A stretch of DNA of 64,000 bases from contig CDRNST010000008.1 of NCBI GenBank assembly GCA_977016875.1, positions 3,224,001-3,288,000 on the forward strand, in the 5' to 3' direction. How positions within the stretch are numbered: the first letter of the stretch is position 1; each line of letters starts with the position of its first letter. This DNA comes from Pavona decussata (Eukaryota). The notes beneath the pieces were generated by a model, which was not told the DNA's origin, made no database searches, and saw only the letters and a list, made by a program, of their open reading frames with translations. A program made the translations under genes and the position numbers. This document shows, piece after piece, positions 63,897 through 64,000 of the stretch.

Positions 63897-64000
63897 GTGA
63901 GTTATGTATCGTTAAAATGGACATTATTATCCATTTTCTCCATGATGAACAAATATCAAGGGGCTGATTCATGTGGAATGCTAGCTCTCACTAGGCTATC

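Noticed and set aside
1-64000. Prokaryotic systems (operons, CRISPR arrays, defence islands)
   Set aside because: Low coding density, GT-AG introns, SINEs/LINEs and microsatellites indicate a eukaryote; no repeat-spacer array seen.

Overview
Eukaryotic, AT-rich, intron-containing DNA. The repeat landscape (tRNA-derived SINEs, TTAA/TA/TAA-flanked MITEs, CR1/L2-type LINE and Gypsy debris) fits a marine invertebrate, most likely a cnidarian such as a stony coral; that taxon is inference. Manual splicing shows the whole window is one cluster of ten intron-containing genes for secreted proteins with no domain I recognise. G1-G6 lie on the minus strand and G7-G10 on the plus strand, diverging from a transposon-filled pivot at about 44-46 kb. 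All ten share one architecture: a short signal-peptide exon (58-94 nt) closed by a phase-1 GT intron, usually preceded by non-coding 5' exon(s), then Cys-poor, mostly low-complexity exon(s) with many dibasic/furin-like sites. The ORF track misses nearly all signal exons and most of G6, and misses G8 entirely. Three paralog pairs are visible. G6/G8 share a novel ~50-aa domain (22/50 identical). G4/G5 share an ordered motif set ending in LMFG[DS]L. G9/G10 are His/Pro- and His/Gly/Tyr-rich. This looks like a lineage-specific secretory gene complex; its function (skeletal matrix, adhesive/mucus, cnidocyst or secretory-granule material) cannot be determined from sequence alone. There is one assembly gap (48281-48492).
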